Assembly: GCA_965197645.1 (NCBI GenBank)
Contig: OZ240219.1
Coordinates: 480,001-544,000, forward strand
Source of the DNA: Dehalococcoidia bacterium
GTDB taxonomy: Bacteria > Chloroflexota > Dehalococcoidia > Plut-88900
Length of the DNA: 64,000 nt
Reading direction: 5' to 3'
The notes beneath the pieces are model-generated. The model searched no databases, was not told where the DNA came from, and was given only the letters and a program-made list of their open reading frames with translations. Shown here one piece after another: positions 48,401 to 57,078 of the stretch (positions are counted from its first letter, which is position 1; each line of letters starts with the position of its first letter). The position numbers and the translations under genes were made by a program.

Positions 48401-49189
48401 TTATAGGTCAAGTCCTCCTCCAGCTAGACGAACCAGGTCATCAGCAGACACGAGGTTTATCGGCTTGTCCCTGACAAAGCGCCTCACGCTGCTGGTGAAA
48501 CCTCCGGTGCAAACCAGGATGGCTGCATCTGCCTTGAAATGCACCATGCTCCCGTAGAGCGCCCTGACGATCTCCGGTGAAACCCGGCCTTTGTAGCCCT
48601 TGCTCTGGAGGACAGTGGTCTTCCCCTCCTTTTCCAGGAATAGATCGACTCCGTCATCCCCTGATACCGGCGTCGTGCTTACCTGGTAACCCAACCGCTT
48701 GTATAGCTGTGCCAGCTCCCGTTCCAGCTCAACGTCCTTCAAAGACATCCAGTAGTCATGACGTTTGCGAATCTCCGCCCGCTCAGCCTCTTGGCGCGCA
48801 TTCTCGGCTTCTCTAGCCCACCTCTCATACGCTGCCACATCTTCTTTGTACATCTCGACCCAGAAGGCAACGTGGCTTTTAACCAACTGCCGTTTATGGA
48901 ATGCCCCCCAGATCAACATGACAATGATCAAAGACATAAACAAAGCGACCACTCCGGGAAAAAAGGCGAGTACCCATTCTTCCTCAATGACGGCCCAGAC
49001 AGCGAGAGCTACCGCTCCGCAGTAGCTGACGGCGAAGACCGTTATTAGTGCTCTGTCGTAGTCGCCAGTATCAGATATGAAGTCATCATACTGCTTCTGT
49101 GTAAGCCCGTAGTCCTGAAGCACAGGTGCCTTACGGGGGACATCGGACGCCTTCTCGGGACTTACCCACGGGTCCGAACGTGTCATCAC
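48401..49189 (-). CDS. membrane-anchored Mrr-like (type IV) restriction endonuclease domain protein
   Basis: two TM helices, coiled segment, GYQV..TPVSGDDGVDL..LQSK..VRALYGS..CTGGFT. Confidence 0.85.
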   Translation of the reverse strand: MMTRSDPWVSPEKASDVPRKAPVLQDYGLTQKQYDDFISDTGDYDRALITVFAVSYCGAVALAVWAVIEEEWVLAFFPGVVALFMSLIIVMLIWGAFHKRQLVKSHVAFWVEMYKEDVAAYERWAREAENARQEAERAEIRKRHDYWMSLKDVELERELAQLYKRLGYQVSTTPVSGDDGVDLFLEKEGKTTVLQSKGYKGRVSPEIVRALYGSMVHFKADAAILVCTGGFTSSVRRFVRDKPINLVSADDLVRLAGGGLDL

Positions 49190-49207
49190 TCCTCCCGATA
49201 CGTCAGG

Positions 49208-49423
49208 TCAACGCAGCCTTCCTGAGTGTTCGTCCTCTTGGACGTCATCCACCAAGTAGTACCATGGGTAACCTTGCCAGAGTGCGGCATAGGCCTTGAC
49301 GCCAGCTTGGTCTAGATCGAACCCTGCATCCCTAATCATCCGGAAAAAGAGAACGAGCATGTCAGTGTCAACGAACCGCCCATCGATTATCATGTTTGGT
49401 CCATCAAGAATCGTATAGGGCAT
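49208..49423 (-). CDS. small hypothetical protein (71 aa)
   Basis: GAGGAGG SD before MPYTILDG. Confidence 0.5.
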   Translation of the reverse strand: MPYTILDGPNMIIDGRFVDTDMLVLFFRMIRDAGFDLDQAGVKAYAALWQGYPWYYLVDDVQEDEHSGRLR

Positions 49424-49578
49424 GACACCCCTCCTCGGTGGTTCTCTGGATAAATCGGTTGTCAAATAGTCGGCATTTTGCTGGGAATCTCTCCGCCGCC
49501 ACAGCCTTTGCAAACGCTTCCGCCTCTCGCTCACCACCACGTTATGTTCAGATTGTAGTACCACCGGAGGCGTGGAAG

Positions 49579-49626
49579 TGTCCCCGCCCTCTAGTACAGC
49601 CGCCCGATGAGCTGGGTTTTGCCCAT
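49579..49626 (+). repeat. 48-bp direct repeat, copy 2
   Basis: matches 48069-48116. Confidence 0.85.
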
Positions 49627-50898
49627 AGGGCCTGTCGCTCCGTACAGCTTCCTTACATCCAGCTCGATGGGGCCGGCGGCGGGCACGTCGGAGTTGAGGA
49701 TCCTGCTTCCCCCGATAACCCTATCGACGGCGGGCAGGTCTACGTTGAGGTTGATATCACCGGGGTTTACGATGGCGTCGGCCTCCGGGACCCAATAGGT
49801 GAACCCTGGATCGCCCCGGCTTGCCGTCATTTCCGCGGCCGCAAGTGCGGTGCTGATGCCCGCCTCCTCGCAGGCTCGAATGGTCAGCATGTGTCCCACC
49901 GAGGGATGCCCGTCGCTCAGCGGGGCCACCACCGCCCCGTCCACCTCCAGCCGGCGAGCGCTCTCCACTACCGCGTCGGCCTCCGCCTGCTTCTCCTCCA
50001 GGGTGTAGCCGAATCCGTTGAACAGTATCACGCCCCTGAAGTCCAGGTCCCGGCCGTGTCGTTGATACAGCTCCTCTATCAGGGCGTTGTTCTGGTACAT
50101 GTACGCCGCGCTTCTCCAGTTTGCGCCGAGCCAGAACAGGGAACCGGTCATCGCTCCATCCAGGACCTCGTTGGGATGCAGCGTACGTCCCGAGCTCTCA
50201 GAGGGGTCCATCGAGCCGTAGACGGCGGCGCCCATGGCCTGCATGACGTAGGCGATTTTCGGCAGCCCCTCGTCTACAGGCGTCAGCTCATACACCTGGG
50301 AGCTGTCTGGGGTCTGTCCCCTGACCGATTCGGCGATGAAGCTGGCCGCCTTATAGCACAACCCCCGCGTGGACTCCATCAGGGCCGAGGCCTCGTCGGT
50401 CTTGCTATCCACGACAAAATTGAGCCTGTCGACCGGGTCCAGTTTTTCACGTGCCGGTTTGGGTACGAAGGTCAGCACGATGTTTATGGTCTTGGAAAAT
50501 GGTGAGTAGGCCGCTCCGGGGCCGCTCATATCGATGACTGCCTCCCGAGCGTACCAGTACTCCTCTCCGGCCAAGGGCTCGGCTACACCCATGACTGCCA
50601 CACCGGCCAACCTGCCGGCCCTCCCTTGCCCAGCCTTTCCAACGGGACCCGTCACACCCGGAAAGAGCGCCTCGGGCCCCGAGTCTTTGAGCCGGGGCTC
50701 CACTACATCGAGAGCGTGGACTATCCTGACCGACTCCCCCGGCCGGGCGATATCGATCTCGATATCCGCAAACAGCGACCCTTCCAGTAGATGCCGGCGG
50801 AGCGTGTCTCGGTCGATCGTCAGCGTTCCGTCCTTTAGCTGTGTCTCAGGGCCAAAGACAGCGTCGCCGACATGGTGAGTCCCTACTTCTAACCGCAT
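49591..50898 (-). CDS. glycine/sarcosine/betaine reductase component B proprotein-like (GrdE/GrdG/GrdI family)
   Basis: MRLE, ARPGESVRI..LDVVEPR.K, IDMSGPGAAYSPFSKTIN, LHPNEVLDGA, QNN.LIEELY.RHG, PEADAIV. Confidence 0.85.
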   Translation of the reverse strand: MRLEVGTHHVGDAVFGPETQLKDGTLTIDRDTLRRHLLEGSLFADIEIDIARPGESVRIVHALDVVEPRLKDSGPEALFPGVTGPVGKAGQGRAGRLAGVAVMGVAEPLAGEEYWYAREAVIDMSGPGAAYSPFSKTINIVLTFVPKPAREKLDPVDRLNFVVDSKTDEASALMESTRGLCYKAASFIAESVRGQTPDSSQVYELTPVDEGLPKIAYVMQAMGAAVYGSMDPSESSGRTLHPNEVLDGAMTGSLFWLGANWRSAAYMYQNNALIEELYQRHGRDLDFRGVILFNGFGYTLEEKQAEADAVVESARRLEVDGAVVAPLSDGHPSVGHMLTIRACEEAGISTALAAAEMTASRGDPGFTYWVPEADAIVNPGDINLNVDLPAVDRVIGGSRILNSDVPAAGPIELDVRKLYGATGPMGKTQLIGRLY

Positions 50899-50917
50899 TG
50901 GCGCCCTTTCATATCCT

Positions 50918-52216
50918 TCAATGCAACCTGCCCCTCAACCTGCTCGGTCCCAGGGGGTTGGTTGCTCCGTAGATAGCCTTCAGCTGCAGCTCGAGCGGGC
51001 CTCCGGCTTCCTCGTTCGTGCCCAGCACCCGCGAGCCACCCACCACCTTATCAGCGGCGGGAAGGGAAACTACAACACTATCGTCACCGGGAATCGCTAT
51101 CGCGTCGGCCTCGGGCACCAGGTGACTGAAGCCGGGATCATCGTGGGTCGTGGAGAGCTGGCCCGCACCGATCACCGTCCTGATCCCGACTCGTTCGCAC
51201 TTCTGGCACACCGTCATGTGGGTAACGCTGCTGTGTCCGGGCCGGATGGGGGTGAGGACCGCTCCGTCGGCGCCCAGCATACGAGCAATCTTCACGACGC
51301 TATCGCTCTCCCGCTCTTTGTCCTCCAGCGTTCCGCCGTACCCGTTGCACAGGATCACTCCCAGGAAGTTCAGGTCCACTCCGTGCCGGCTGTATAGCTC
51401 ATCGACCACGGCGTTGTTCTGGTAGAAGTAGGTCGCGTCTCGAAGTGCACCGTCCACCCAGCGAAAGGAGTTGACCACCGCTCCGTCCATCAGCTCGTTG
51501 GGATGCAGCAGGACACCGACGTCGTTGGTAAAGTCGTGGGAGCCGTACACGCCGGCAGCGATATTGGTGTGTATGTACACGATGCGGGGCAGTTCCGCCG
51601 GGACCGTCGACAGCTCGTAGTGCCGCACCGAGTCCGGCTCCAGACCCTCGACAGCCGACGCCAGGTATTCCGCCGCCTTCAGGCACATCCACCGGGCGGC
51701 CCTGGTCCTGGCCGCAGACTCTTCCGTCTGGGAACCCACCATGTAGTTGGTCATTTCGGAGGTCTCCTCGTCCTGGCCACTCCTGAACACCAGGACCAGG
51801 TTTATGGTGCTGGAAAAGGGAGTGAGATCGGCGCCGGGCCCCCACATGTCCACCACGGCCTCTCGCCCGTACCAGGCGGTCTCCCCGGCGAAGGGCTCCG
51901 AGGCGCCAACCACCGCCACACCTCCCAATCGATGCGTTCTCCCTTCCCCGACCGTCCCCGGCCTACCCAGCACCCCGGGAAACACGCATCCGGGCCCCGA
52001 TACCTTCACCCTGGGCTCGGCCACGTCCAGCGCGTGGACTATCCGGGTCCGCTCTCCCGGTCGAACGATCTCGACGTCTACGGAGTCGAAGAGCGTCCCC
52101 GCCGAGATGTGCTCCAGCAGACCGTCCTCGCTGAGGCGAAGCGTCCCGTTGGTATACTCGGTCGTGTCGGAAAATAGCAGCTCGCGGACGGGAAAGGAGC
52201 CCAGTTCCAGCCTCAT
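50918..52216 (-). CDS. second GrdE-family proprotein-like paralogue
   Basis: MRLELG, RPGERTRI..LDVAEPRVK, VDMWGPGA..PFS, LHPNELMDGA; GGAGGG SD before ATG 52216. Confidence 0.85.
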   Translation of the reverse strand: MRLELGSFPVRELLFSDTTEYTNGTLRLSEDGLLEHISAGTLFDSVDVEIVRPGERTRIVHALDVAEPRVKVSGPGCVFPGVLGRPGTVGEGRTHRLGGVAVVGASEPFAGETAWYGREAVVDMWGPGADLTPFSSTINLVLVFRSGQDEETSEMTNYMVGSQTEESAARTRAARWMCLKAAEYLASAVEGLEPDSVRHYELSTVPAELPRIVYIHTNIAAGVYGSHDFTNDVGVLLHPNELMDGAVVNSFRWVDGALRDATYFYQNNAVVDELYSRHGVDLNFLGVILCNGYGGTLEDKERESDSVVKIARMLGADGAVLTPIRPGHSSVTHMTVCQKCERVGIRTVIGAGQLSTTHDDPGFSHLVPEADAIAIPGDDSVVVSLPAADKVVGGSRVLGTNEEAGGPLELQLKAIYGATNPLGPSRLRGRLH

Positions 52217-52278
52217 CCGACGCCCTCCACTCCTCGAGTAAAGCTGGCGAATTATAGCACGCATCCTTCGTCCTTTTG

Positions 52279-52307
52279 TTGACAGCCTTCCGCGCCCTGA
52301 TTAACAT
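52279..52307 (+). promoter_or_regulatory. sigma70-type promoter
   Basis: TTGACA 52279-84, 17 bp, TAACAT 52302-07; ATG at 52319. Confidence 0.65.
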
Positions 52308-52318
52308 TGAGACGCCCT

Positions 52319-52960
52319 ATGCCGGTTCGACTCAAAATCTACTCGGACTATCTCTGACCCTGGTGCTACATCGTGGCCGTGCGCCTGCGTCGAGTGGAGG
52401 AACAGTACGGGGACTCGGTGGTCACTGAGTGGATCGGCTATCCGCTGGTGCCCGGCGAGGTTCCCAGCAGGCCAATCACCCAGCACAGCATCGACTCCAG
52501 AGCCGAGGCCGACCAGGAGGAGCCTCACGCCCTTTTCGGCGAGTGGGACGTCTCGCAGAACTACCCCAACACCAGCATGCGGGCCCTTGAAGCGGCCAAG
52601 TGTGCGGCGCTGCAGGGCGACGATGCCTTCGACAGATATCACCGGCAGCTGTTCCTCTCCTTCTTCGCCGAAGGCAACAACATCAGCGACCCGATGGTGC
52701 TGGTCCAGATCGCCCAGGCGGCGGGCCTGAACGTCGAGGCCTTCGCCAGTGAGTTCGCCGGCTGCTTCCAGCGAGAGGCAGTCCTGGACGATTTCAGGCA
52801 AGCCGTGGTCGACAACGACATCAATGCACTGGGCCTGCCCGTAGTCATTGCCAACGACGAATTTCGGATTGTGGGCGCCGCTCCCGCCGAGTCCTACTCC
52901 CAACTGATAGACCACTACCTCTCCAAACAGGTGTCCAGTGACCCCGCCAACTCGAGGTAA
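52319..52960 (+). CDS. DsbA/FrnE family selenoprotein (UxxC)
   Basis: MPVRLKIYSDYL-TGA-PWCY in frame with ORF 52373; TGA 52355-57 occupies the first Cys of D-x-x-C-P-W-C-Y; later GLP..I.GA motif. Confidence 0.8.
52355..52400 (+). promoter_or_regulatory. putative bacterial SECIS hairpin
   Basis: CGUGGC-[CGUGC]-GCCUGCG stem with bulged U; G-containing loop starts about 21 nt after UGA; folded by eye. Confidence 0.5.
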
Positions 52961-52966
52961 CCCCTA

Positions 52967-54178
52967 ATGTTCAACATGGCCCTGGAAGGCGTTCGGGTCC
53001 TGGACCTGACCCACTACATAGCCGGGCCCTACAGCACCAAGCTCCTGGCCGACTACGGCGCCGACGTCATCAAGATAGAGCGGCCGGGGAGCGGCGACCC
53101 GGCGCGCAGGCTGGGCCCCTTCCACGACGACTACCCTCACCACGAAAAGAGCGGCCTCTTCCTTCACCTGAACGCCAACAAACGCGGCGTCACCCTCAAC
53201 CTCAAGGTGCCCTCGGGCCAGGTCATGCTCAAGGAGCTGGTCAAGGAGACCGATATCCTGATCGAAAACTTCAGCCCCCGGGTGATGCCTTCCTGGGGCC
53301 TGGACTACGATACCCTTGTCAAGATCAATCCCAAGCTGGTGGTGACTTCCATCAGCAACTTCGGTCAGACGGGCCCTTATCGAGACTACAAGGCTTCGGA
53401 GCTGGTCCTGTTCGGCATGGGCGGCGAAATGCACTCCATCGGCATGGAGGGCCGAGCGCCGATGAAGGAGGGGGGCAGCGTGGTCCAGTTCGAGGCCGGC
53501 ACCGTCGCCGCCGACGCCACCATGGGGGCCCTGTTCGCCGCCGAACGGGACGGAGAGGGGGAACACATAGACATCTCCATTATGGAGACCCAGCTGGCAG
53601 GCGTCGATCGCAGGCAGGCCTCCCTCTTGGCCTATCAGTACGCCGGTGAGCTGAGCCTGCAGGTCCCCGGCATGCCCCTGGGCATCGCATCCGGCACCTT
53701 CCCCTGCAAGGACGGCTACATAGAGATCGCCGGCGGCGGGCCGCTCTTTGCCAGGATCATCAAGATGCTGGGGGAGCCCGATTTCCTCCAGGACCCGAAA
53801 TGGCGGGACCCCGCCCTGGACCGAAACCCGGAGCTGGTGGAGGAGTTCAACGCCTACTTCATCGGTTGGCTGATGGACCGGACCAAAGAGGAGATATGGG
53901 AGGCGGGGCAAAAGGCCCGGGTCCTCTGCGGACCCCTCTACACCACCGCCGATCTACTGAAGGACGCCCACTTCGCTGGCCGGGGCTTCTGGGACGAGCT
54001 TGAGCATCCCTTTACCGGCCCAGTCAGCTACCCGGGCGCTCCCTTCCGCATGTCCGAGACGCCTCGGCAGGTACGACGCCCCGCGCCCCAGTTAGGCGAG
54101 CACAACGAGCAGGTGTACGGCCACATCGGCTACTCAAAGGACGATCTTGTGCGACTCAGAGAGCGAGGAGTGATCTAG
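52967..54178 (+). CDS. class III CoA-transferase, Asp-less subunit
   Basis: LEGVRVLDL, GADVIKIE, NANKRG, VVQFEAG at the Asp position, APQLGEHN. Confidence 0.9.
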   Translation: MFNMALEGVRVLDLTHYIAGPYSTKLLADYGADVIKIERPGSGDPARRLGPFHDDYPHHEKSGLFLHLNANKRGVTLNLKVPSGQVMLKELVKETDILIENFSPRVMPSWGLDYDTLVKINPKLVVTSISNFGQTGPYRDYKASELVLFGMGGEMHSIGMEGRAPMKEGGSVVQFEAGTVAADATMGALFAAERDGEGEHIDISIMETQLAGVDRRQASLLAYQYAGELSLQVPGMPLGIASGTFPCKDGYIEIAGGGPLFARIIKMLGEPDFLQDPKWRDPALDRNPELVEEFNAYFIGWLMDRTKEEIWEAGQKARVLCGPLYTTADLLKDAHFAGRGFWDELEHPFTGPVSYPGAPFRMSETPRQVRRPAPQLGEHNEQVYGHIGYSKDDLVRLRERGVI

Positions 54179-54179
54179 C

Positions 54180-55484
54180 ATGCCCAAGCTTCCCCTCGAA
54201 GGAGTCAGGGTCCTGGACCTGTGCATCGTGTGGGCCGGGCCCTTCGGCACCCAGATCCTCGCCGATCTCGGTGCGGAGGTGATCAAGGTCGAGAACGTCC
54301 ATCACTGGCAGACCATGGCCCGTGGCTTCATGGCTCGCCCACCCAAAGCCTGGCTCGACTCCCAGGTCCCCATGGTCGGCGCCTACCCCGACAAGGAGCC
54401 GGGGGAACGCCCATGGAACCGGTGTCCCACCTTCAACAACGTGCTTCGCAACAAGAAGAGCATGACCGTCGATATTCGCAATGCACAGGGGATGGACATA
54501 CTGAAGCGATTGATCCAGGCCAGCGACGTGGTCTACGAAAACAACGTCACCGAGACCATGGACAAGCTGGGCATTACCTACGACTTTCTCAAGGAGATCA
54601 ACCCCGAGATAATCTTCATCCGGGTCCCCGCCTACGGCAACGAGGGACCATATCGGAACTTCCGCGCTCTGGGCGTCCACCTGGAGTCGGTCATCGGCCA
54701 CTCCCTGCTGCGAGGCTATACGGACTCCGATCCTTCGACCAACAGCGGCGTCTTCATGGGCGATTACGCCGCCGGCGCCATGGGAGCCTTCGCCGTGATG
54801 GCCGCCCTCTACCACAGAAAGAGGACGGGCAAAGGTCAGCTAATCGAACTGGCCCAGGCGGAGACGGCCATAGGTTTCCTGGCCGACGCCGTAACGGACT
54901 ATACCCTCAACGGTAGGGTCCAGAGCACGCTGGGCAACCGGGACATGTTCGGGTCCGCCCCCTGCGGAGCGTTCCGCGCCAGCGGCGATAACCGATGGAT
55001 CGCTATCACCGTCACCAACGACACCGAGTGGAACGGCCTGTGCGACGCCATGGGCAACCCGGACTGGTGCAAAGAGGACCGGTTCGGGGACCAGTTCAGC
55101 CGGTGGCAGAACATCGACGAGCTGGAGGGCCTGCTCAACGAGTGGACCTCTCAGCACGACACATACGACCTCTTTCACCTGCTGCAGAAGCACGGTGTCC
55201 CCTCCGGGCCCATCATGCATGCCGCCGACGCCTACTCCGACCCGCACGTCGAGGAGCGGGACTTCTTCAAAGAACTGACCCACGCCGATGCCGGCACCCA
55301 CCGGTATCCGGGCCTGATGTTCAAGATGTCCCGGTCTCCGGTGGAGGTCAAGACCCCGCCGGCCCGCCTCGGCGAGCACAACGAGTACGTCTACAAAGAG
55401 GTCCTCAAGTTCTCCGACGAAGAGTACGCCCAGCTGGAGAGCGACGGACACATCGGCACGGACTTCGATCCCGATATTCCATAG
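54180..55484 (+). CDS. class III CoA-transferase, Asp-containing subunit
   Basis: WAGPF, GAEVIKVE, RNKKS, FMGDYAAG, ARLGEHN. Confidence 0.9.
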   Translation: MPKLPLEGVRVLDLCIVWAGPFGTQILADLGAEVIKVENVHHWQTMARGFMARPPKAWLDSQVPMVGAYPDKEPGERPWNRCPTFNNVLRNKKSMTVDIRNAQGMDILKRLIQASDVVYENNVTETMDKLGITYDFLKEINPEIIFIRVPAYGNEGPYRNFRALGVHLESVIGHSLLRGYTDSDPSTNSGVFMGDYAAGAMGAFAVMAALYHRKRTGKGQLIELAQAETAIGFLADAVTDYTLNGRVQSTLGNRDMFGSAPCGAFRASGDNRWIAITVTNDTEWNGLCDAMGNPDWCKEDRFGDQFSRWQNIDELEGLLNEWTSQHDTYDLFHLLQKHGVPSGPIMHAADAYSDPHVEERDFFKELTHADAGTHRYPGLMFKMSRSPVEVKTPPARLGEHNEYVYKEVLKFSDEEYAQLESDGHIGTDFDPDIP

Positions 55485-55599
55485 CTTCCAGCCCGGTCCT
55501 AGACTGCTCCCGATGACACCTGTCATGCACCAGCACATCCACAGAACCGAAAGCGCTTACCCTCAGAATCAAGTTCGAACGATCAACAGGAGGTCCTAG

Positions 55600-56499
55600 G
55601 TGGCGAACAAAGAGCGAGTCGGAGTTGTAGGACTGGGCATCATGGGCAAACCGATGGCCGCCAACCTCATGAAGGCCGGATTCTCGGTGACGGTCTATAA
55701 CCGGACCGCCGCCAAAGCCGAGGAGCTCCGCTCGGAGGGCGCCAACGTAGCATCATCTCCGAAGGAGGTCGCCGAGAACAGCGATGTCACCATAACCATG
55801 GTAAGCGACTCCCCCGACGTTGAAGAGGTCATCCTCGGCCCCAACGGCGTCATCCACGGGGTCGGCCGGGGCGCAGTGGTCATAGATATGAGCACCATCT
55901 CTCCCCAGGTCACCCAGACCATAGCGGCGGAGCTGTCCAGCAAGGGCGGGCACATGCTCGATGCCCCGGTCAGCGGCGGCTCGTGGGGAGCGATCCAGGG
56001 CACCCTCTCCATCATGGTGGGCGGCGAGAAGGAGACCTTTGACAGGTGCATGCCCGTCTTCGAGGCCATGGGCAAGAACATAATCTACACCGGGGGCCAC
56101 GGCATGGGCCAGGTGACCAAGCTGGTGAACCAGATAATGGTCGGCGGCACGCTGGCCGCCGTCTGCGAGGGCCTGCTGTTCGGGGCCAAGGCCGGCATCG
56201 ATCTCAACCCGGTGTTTCAGGCTGTAACCGGAGGAGCGGCCAACTCCTGGCAGCTGGAGAACCTGGGCTCTCGCATTCTGAAGAGAGACTTCGACCCCGG
56301 TTTCATGATCAAGCTGATGCACAAGGACCTCAGGCTCATCACCGAAGCCGCCCGAGATATGGAGCTGCCGCTACCGCTCATCTCCCTCGCCCAGCAGTTC
56401 TACCACGTCCTTCAGCACGACGGCCTCGGCGAAGAGGGTACCCAAGCCTACGTCAAGGCCCTGGAGAAGCTGGCCGGGGTCCAGGTCCAAGCCGACTAG
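55600..56499 (+). CDS. beta-hydroxyacid dehydrogenase (2-hydroxy-3-oxopropionate reductase / HIBADH family)
   Basis: GLGIMG, DMSTISP, DAPVSGG, KLVNQ, KDL. Confidence 0.92.
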   Translation: MANKERVGVVGLGIMGKPMAANLMKAGFSVTVYNRTAAKAEELRSEGANVASSPKEVAENSDVTITMVSDSPDVEEVILGPNGVIHGVGRGAVVIDMSTISPQVTQTIAAELSSKGGHMLDAPVSGGSWGAIQGTLSIMVGGEKETFDRCMPVFEAMGKNIIYTGGHGMGQVTKLVNQIMVGGTLAAVCEGLLFGAKAGIDLNPVFQAVTGGAANSWQLENLGSRILKRDFDPGFMIKLMHKDLRLITEAARDMELPLPLISLAQQFYHVLQHDGLGEEGTQAYVKALEKLAGVQVQAD

Positions 56500-56540
56500 A
56501 AGAATTGTGGCTGAGGGACGCACTCAGTTTTACGGTTGCC

Positions 56541-57030
56541 GTCGTTGCGAGCAAGGGGGGAGCTCGTCCTGTGGGAGGTCGAAGAGAGCGAAGCAATCTG
56601 GGGCGGAGGGGTATACAACTCTGCCGGATGATGACCTAACCTGAGATTGCCACGCCCCGACTTCGTCGGGTCTCGCAATGACGAAGGTACGGATCCAGAC
56701 GTTGCCCTCTCTTCTGTCATGCTATGGGTGCAGGGCCCGCCCTGCCTCCGGTAGGGGGTCTGGGGGATGTGCCCCCAGATACGAAACGTCTCAGGGCGGG
56801 CGGGTGGGCAGAATCCCCTTTGGTGGGGAGGGGTATACAACTCTGCCGGATGATGACCTAACCTGAGATTGCCACGCCCCGACTTTGTCGGGCCTCGCAA
56901 TGACGAAGGTACGGATCCAGACGTTGCCCTCTCTTCTGTCATGTTATGGGTGCAGGGCCCGCCCTGCCTCCGGTAGGGGGTCTGGGGGATGTGCCCCCAG
57001 ATACGAAACGTCTCAGGGCGGGCGGGTGGG
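56541..57030 (+). repeat. composite palindromic repeat with 204-bp tandem duplication (period 222)
   Basis: 56605-56808 vs 56827-57030 nearly identical; contains AGATTGCCACG..CTCGCAATGAC and family A GGGGGATGTGCCCCCA modules. Confidence 0.88.
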
Positions 57031-57078
57031 ACAATCGACCTCAGTGTAGCCCAACCGTCAGGCAAGTACCACGCACTC

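Noticed and set aside
56496-57065. ORF with internal repeat, or possible CRISPR array
   Set aside because: Translation of a tandem non-coding repeat; unit too long and no unique spacers or cas genes
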